From the NCBI GenBank assembly GCA_963827685.1, contig CAWHBU010000003.1, positions 672,001 to 736,000 on the forward strand: DNA of 64,000 nt, written 5' to 3'. Below the pieces are notes generated by a model, which had not been told where the DNA came from, searched no databases, and saw only the letters and a list, made by a program, of their open reading frames with translations. Within the stretch, counting starts at the first letter, position 1; every line of letters begins with the position of its first letter. The DNA comes from an uncultured delta proteobacterium (GTDB lineage: Bacteria; Desulfobacterota; BSN033; UBA1163). The position numbers were made by a program, and so were the translations under genes. Positions 60,811 to 64,000 of this stretch are shown one piece after another.

Positions 60811-63800
60811 ATGGAACCATCTCTTATTTCCAAAAGATATTCATATCTCCTTGCAGGGATTTTGGTCTTTCTTGGACTATACCTGGCCAGTCTCTACAAT
60901 TACCTCCTTTTTCACAGCCTCGCCGAAATCTTCTCTATTGTTGTCGCTTGCGGCATCTTTATGGTCACTTGGAACTCCCGCCGTTTCCTCAACAACAATT
61001 ATCTTCTCCTCCTGGGGATCGCCTATCTATTCGTTGGCGGTCTGGATCTAATCCACACCCTGGCCTACAAAGGGATGGGGGTATTTCACGGATATGAAAC
61101 CAATTTGCCCACCCAACTTTGGATCGCTGCTCGATACATGGGGAGTCTTTCTCTCTTCCTGGCCCCCTTCTTTTTTGGACGGAAGTTGAAAGTCAATTTT
61201 GTATTTCTCGCATATGCGTTAGCTACTTTTCTCCTGCTGTTGTCCATCTTCTACTGGAGTATTTTCCCCGTTTGCTTTATCGAAGGGATTGGATTAACCC
61301 CATTTAAGAAGATCAGTGAATATATTATCTCACTCATTCTTTTGGGATCGATTGCCCTGCTTCTAAAGAATCGAAGGGAGTTTGAACTAAAGGTACTGCA
61401 GGGGTTGGTTTGGTCCATTACCGTGAGCGTTGCTTCTGAATTAGCCTTCACATTTTACATCGATGCTTACGGATTCTCCAATTTAATTGGTCACTTTTTC
61501 AAGATTCTATCATTCTATTTCATTTACAAAGCCATTATCGAGACGGGCCTAACAAAGCCTTATGACCTCCTTTTCAGAAATTTGAAGCAAAGCGAAATGA
61601 CGGTGCGGGAAGAGAAGAACAAAATACAGAACTACCTTGATATTGCAGGGGTGATCCTCGTCGTAGTCGATGCCAACCAAACGGTGAGCCTGATCAACAA
61701 AAAAGGCTGTGAAATCTTAGGATATGATGAAGAGGAGATTCTTGGCAAAAAGTGGTTTGATACATTCATCCCAGAAAAAAATAGAGATGGAGTGAGAGTG
61801 AGTTTCGAAAAGCTCATGAAAGGGGAAATTGAAACTGTTGAATGTTTCGAGAATCCGATTTTAACCAGAAACGGTGAAGAAAGAGTCATTGGATGGCATA
61901 ACGTCGTATTGAGAGATGAGAAAGGGAATATTACTTCTACCTTAAGCTCGGGAGAAGACATCACCGAGCGCAAGAAGATGGAAAAACTCCTTACCCAACT
62001 TGCATCTTTTCCAGAGCTTAACCCAAATCCCATTGTTGAAGTCGACCTGGCCGGACATATTCACTATCTCAATCCTGCTGCCGAAAACTTATTTCCCAAC
62101 CTTCACCACAAAGGGCTCACTCACCCATGGCTGATGGATTTAGAGAAAATGGACGACACGCTGAAGAGCGAACCCAAAAGAGCCCATGTTCGGGAACTAA
62201 AAGCCGGGGATAACTGGTACCAACAGGCAATTCACTCAGTCATGGAAGGTAGGCGATTACGGATCTATGGCTTTAACATCACCAAGCGCAAGAAGGCGGA
62301 GGAAGCGATCAGGGCAAGTGAAGAACGGATGCGGGAGCAAGCGGCGCGTTTGCAGACAGTGCTGGATACCGCGCCTGCGATCATCTGGGTCGCTGGCGAC
62401 AGGGAGTGCAGAGAGATTATAGGAAACCGTGCAGCATATGTTTTCTTACGGGTGCCAGAGGGGACCGATATGTCGAAGTCGGGGCGGGCGCCGGAACGCC
62501 TTGCGCACTACCGCGTCTTCAAGGATGGGGTGGAACTGACGGCACGGGAGATGCCGATCCAGAGGGTGGCGGCGTCAGGTCAAGGACTCAGCGACTATTC
62601 TATGGAGCTTGTCTTTGACGACGGGACGGTGCGCTCGGTATTGGGCAACATCAGCCCGGTGCTCGACTCCGAAGGACAACCAAACGGCGCCATCGCCGCC
62701 TTCGTGGACATCACCGAGCGCAAGCAAATGGCGGAGGAACTCCGCAAATCCCACGATGAGCTGGAATTACGGGTTCAGGAGCGGACCGCTGAGTTAACAA
62801 AAGCTAATGAAAAACTGGAAGACCAGTCACGGATCTTAGAGGGATTCTTCACTTCCATGATTACTCCGTTAGTATTTCTTGACAGAAATTTCAATTTTAT
62901 CAGAGTCAATGAGGCCTATGCCAAAGCCTGTCAGCGCGAGGTGTCAGAGTTTCCCGGCTATAACCATTTTGAATTCTATCCCTCTGATGCCAAGGCCAAA
63001 TTCGAGCAGGTTGTCCAGACAAAAGAGCCTTACGTGGCCATTGGGAAACCTTTTACCTTCCCAGATCATCCCGAGTGGGGAACCTCTTATTGGGACTGGA
63101 CACTAACGCCTCTATTAGACCAGAAAGGTGAGGTTGAATATTTAGTTCTCTCGCTTGAGGACGTGACCGAGCGCGTCCGAGCGGAGAAATCGAGGAGCCG
63201 GCTCGCCCATATCGTTGAAACAACGTCCGACCTCATAGGAATGGCAAATTTGGACGGGCAGTTGTTCTACCTAAATAAAGCCGGTCGGAAGATGCTTGGC
63301 CTCGGTGAGGAGGAGGATATATCGGGAGTGAGGATTGCTGACGCCCACCCTGACTGGGCGAGCGTCATGGTTCTTACTGAAGGTATTCCAAGCGCTTTGC
63401 AGACGGGTTTCTGGAGCGGCGAGACTGCTTTTCTGCGCCGTGATGGAGCGGAGATCCCCGCTTCTCAGGTCATCCTCGCACATAAAGGTCCGAATGGAGA
63501 GGTGGAGTTCCTTTCCACGATTGCGCGGGATATTACCGAGCGCAAGCAAGCCGAGGAGGCTGTCAAAGCCGAACGGCAGCGGTTCAATAACGTTCTGGAG
63601 ATGCTACCAGCCTATTTAGTGCTGTTGACGCCGGATTATCACGTGTCCTTCGCCAATCGCTTCTTCCGGGAGCGCTTCGGCGAGTCCCACGGCCGGCGCT
63701 GCTTTGAGTATCTCTTTGGCCTCAGCGAGCCCTGCGAGATTTGCGAAACTTATACCGTTCTGGAAACCAATACTTCCCACCATTGGGAATGGACCGGCCC

Positions 63801-64000
63801 AGACGGCCGCATTTATGATGTCTTCGACTTTCCCTTCACCGACACCGACGGCTCCACCTTCATCCTCGAGATGGGCATTGATATTACCGATCGCAAGCGT
63901 GCCGAGCATGCCTTACACGAAGCTTCCTTGTATAACCGGAGCCTCATCGAAGCAAGTCTTGATCCTCTTGTCACCATCAGCGCCGAAGGTAAGGTGACGG
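60811..64000 (+). CDS. MASE3-domain multi-PAS sensor protein, probably a histidine kinase (runs off the window edge)
   Basis: Not in ORF track; NYLLFHSLAEIFSIVVA...HTLAYKGMG followed by repeated PAS/PAC units (DITERK); same frame at every point checked up to 64000. Confidence 0.9.
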   Translation, partial: MEPSLISKRYSYLLAGILVFLGLYLASLYNYLLFHSLAEIFSIVVACGIFMVTWNSRRFLNNNYLLLLGIAYLFVGGLDLIHTLAYKGMGVFHGYETNLPTQLWIAARYMGSLSLFLAPFFFGRKLKVNFVFLAYALATFLLLLSIFYWSIFPVCFIEGIGLTPFKKISEYIISLILLGSIALLLKNRREFELKVLQGLVWSITVSVASELAFTFYIDAYGFSNLIGHFFKILSFYFIYKAIIETGLTKPYDLLFRNLKQSEMTVREEKNKIQNYLDIAGVILVVVDANQTVSLINKKGCEILGYDEEEILGKKWFDTFIPEKNRDGVRVSFEKLMKGEIETVECFENPILTRNGEERVIGWHNVVLRDEKGNITSTLSSGEDITERKKMEKLLTQLASFPELNPNPIVEVDLAGHIHYLNPAAENLFPNLHHKGLTHPWLMDLEKMDDTLKSEPKRAHVRELKAGDNWYQQAIHSVMEGRRLRIYGFNITKRKKAEEAIRASEERMREQAARLQTVLDTAPAIIWVAGDRECREIIGNRAAYVFLRVPEGTDMSKSGRAPERLAHYRVFKDGVELTAREMPIQRVAASGQGLSDYSMELVFDDGTVRSVLGNISPVLDSEGQPNGAIAAFVDITERKQMAEELRKSHDELELRVQERTAELTKANEKLEDQSRILEGFFTSMITPLVFLDRNFNFIRVNEAYAKACQREVSEFPGYNHFEFYPSDAKAKFEQVVQTKEPYVAIGKPFTFPDHPEWGTSYWDWTLTPLLDQKGEVEYLVLSLEDVTERVRAEKSRSRLAHIVETTSDLIGMANLDGQLFYLNKAGRKMLGLGEEEDISGVRIADAHPDWASVMVLTEGIPSALQTGFWSGETAFLRRDGAEIPASQVILAHKGPNGEVEFLSTIARDITERKQAEEAVKAERQRFNNVLEMLPAYLVLLTPDYHVSFANRFFRERFGESHGRRCFEYLFGLSEPCEICETYTVLETNTSHHWEWTGPDGRIYDVFDFPFTDTDGSTFILEMGIDITDRKRAEHALHEASLYNRSLIEASLDPLVTISAEGKVT

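Overview
Bacterial chromosomal window; gene content and protein style suggest an anaerobic deltaproteobacterium (Desulfobacterota-like; inferred, not proven). (1) 1-13.6 kb, minus strand: a gas-vesicle locus with gvpA behind a sigma-54 promoter, three GvpC-like helical proteins, gvpN, two Hsp20 proteins, an ArsA/GET3 ATPase, a CDC48 ATPase, a GvpL/F protein with a C-terminal J-domain, and a receiver/hybrid kinase/NtrC regulatory module. (2) 14-30.8 kb: a decayed IS3 between two paralogous excisionase-like HTH genes, a PAS kinase/NarL pair behind a riboswitch-like leader and split by a four-helix-bundle pseudogene, BKACE and glutamate dehydrogenase, a ZraP/ZraSR-like module, rhomboid, DUF72, an HD protein and a rod-like RNA candidate. 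(3) 31-45.2 kb: core genes rpsB-tsf-pyrH-frr (frameshifted)-ferredoxin-uppS-cdsA-dxr-rseP-tsaB, ilvBNC-psd-pssA and tRNA-Asn. (4) 45.2-64 kb: an accessory region with repeated tRNA 3' ends, an AAA ATPase, an AT-rich three-gene operon, a repeat-flanked nitroreductase, D-aminoacylase plus transporter, an in-frame serine palmitoyltransferase / ceramide-synthase-like fusion, and a partial MASE3/PAS sensor. Intergenic DNA carries a MITE family with 4-bp target duplications, several REP-like families and many 7/8-nt periodic imperfect palindromes. All family assignments come from motif recognition by eye; no database searches were run.
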